From Candidatus Marinacidobacterales bacterium (GTDB taxonomy: Bacteria; Acidobacteriota; Vicinamibacteria; Marinacidobacterales; DATDRI01): a stretch of 64,000 bases of DNA. The notes beneath the pieces were generated by a model. That model did no database searches, was not told where the DNA came from, and was given only the letters and a program-made list of their open reading frames with translations. The first letter of the stretch is position 1. Each line of letters begins with the position of its first letter. The position numbers and the translations under genes were made by a program. Location of the stretch: positions 3,488,001 through 3,552,000 of the forward strand of contig CBDCNP010000002.1 of assembly GCA_965219415.1 (NCBI GenBank), given 5' to 3'. Below, piece after piece: positions 63,618 through 64,000 of this stretch.

Positions 63618-64000
63618 CGTCGTGTCCAAAAATACAAACGAACTCTAAGACCCACGCGCCGGGCCGGCGCCGAGTTCATCTATCATCATTATGAAGAGCT
63701 CAACCATCAAGGGCTTGGCGACGCGTTTCTGTTTTTGGACACAACGGGTGGCCCGGCATTCGACTCGCGATTATGCCCGATTTGCATCCGCGCCGCCTTT
63801 CCTCTAGCATCACACCTTGTTGTAAACGGCATAAAGGGCCGGACGCACATCCCACACTGAATCATTAAACGACGAGGACGAGATTCCGAAATGAGGAAAT
63901 ACCCCCGCACCGATAATCTTTTGGGCTTTGCTGCAGTTTTGTTCTGCCTGATGGTGCTCGCTCTTGCCATCGCGTGCGGCGGAGGCGGCGACTCGGGTGA

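Noticed and set aside
1-64000. tRNA or rRNA genes, or a clear att site for the serine recombinase
   Set aside because: None recognisable by eye; tRNAscan-SE and an empty-site comparison would be needed.

Overview
A GC-rich bacterial window, heavily degraded by insertion sequences. Intact or truncated housekeeping genes are a flavin-dependent halogenase-like protein, Na/Pi cotransporter, VPS10/BNR-repeat protein, hydantoinase A/B with an ABC solute-binding protein, SPFH protein, a large M14 peptidase and an SRPBCC pair. Between them lies defence-island-type cargo: HEPN-like proteins, DUF3800, GIY-YIG, RM remnants, DUF5131+TcmP, and DUF2924 plus a serine recombinase. The pieces are joined at the ends of at least four IS families (rve/IS481-like, IS1, IS256, IS110/IS1111) and two MITE families. 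Three things stand out. (1) An IS1111-type IS110 element sits inside an IS1 terminal inverted repeat, and its downstream non-coding region carries readable bridge/seekRNA-like guides matching both that target and the element's own circle junction. (2) A Swt1-like HEPN RNase gene is flanked by three small basic HTH-like genes, with a further paralog nearby. (3) About 19 copies of a CGTCCTGTGCCAAAACTCGGC MITE end show recurrent identical nested junctions and no target duplications. Family names come from motif recognition by eye, not database searches.
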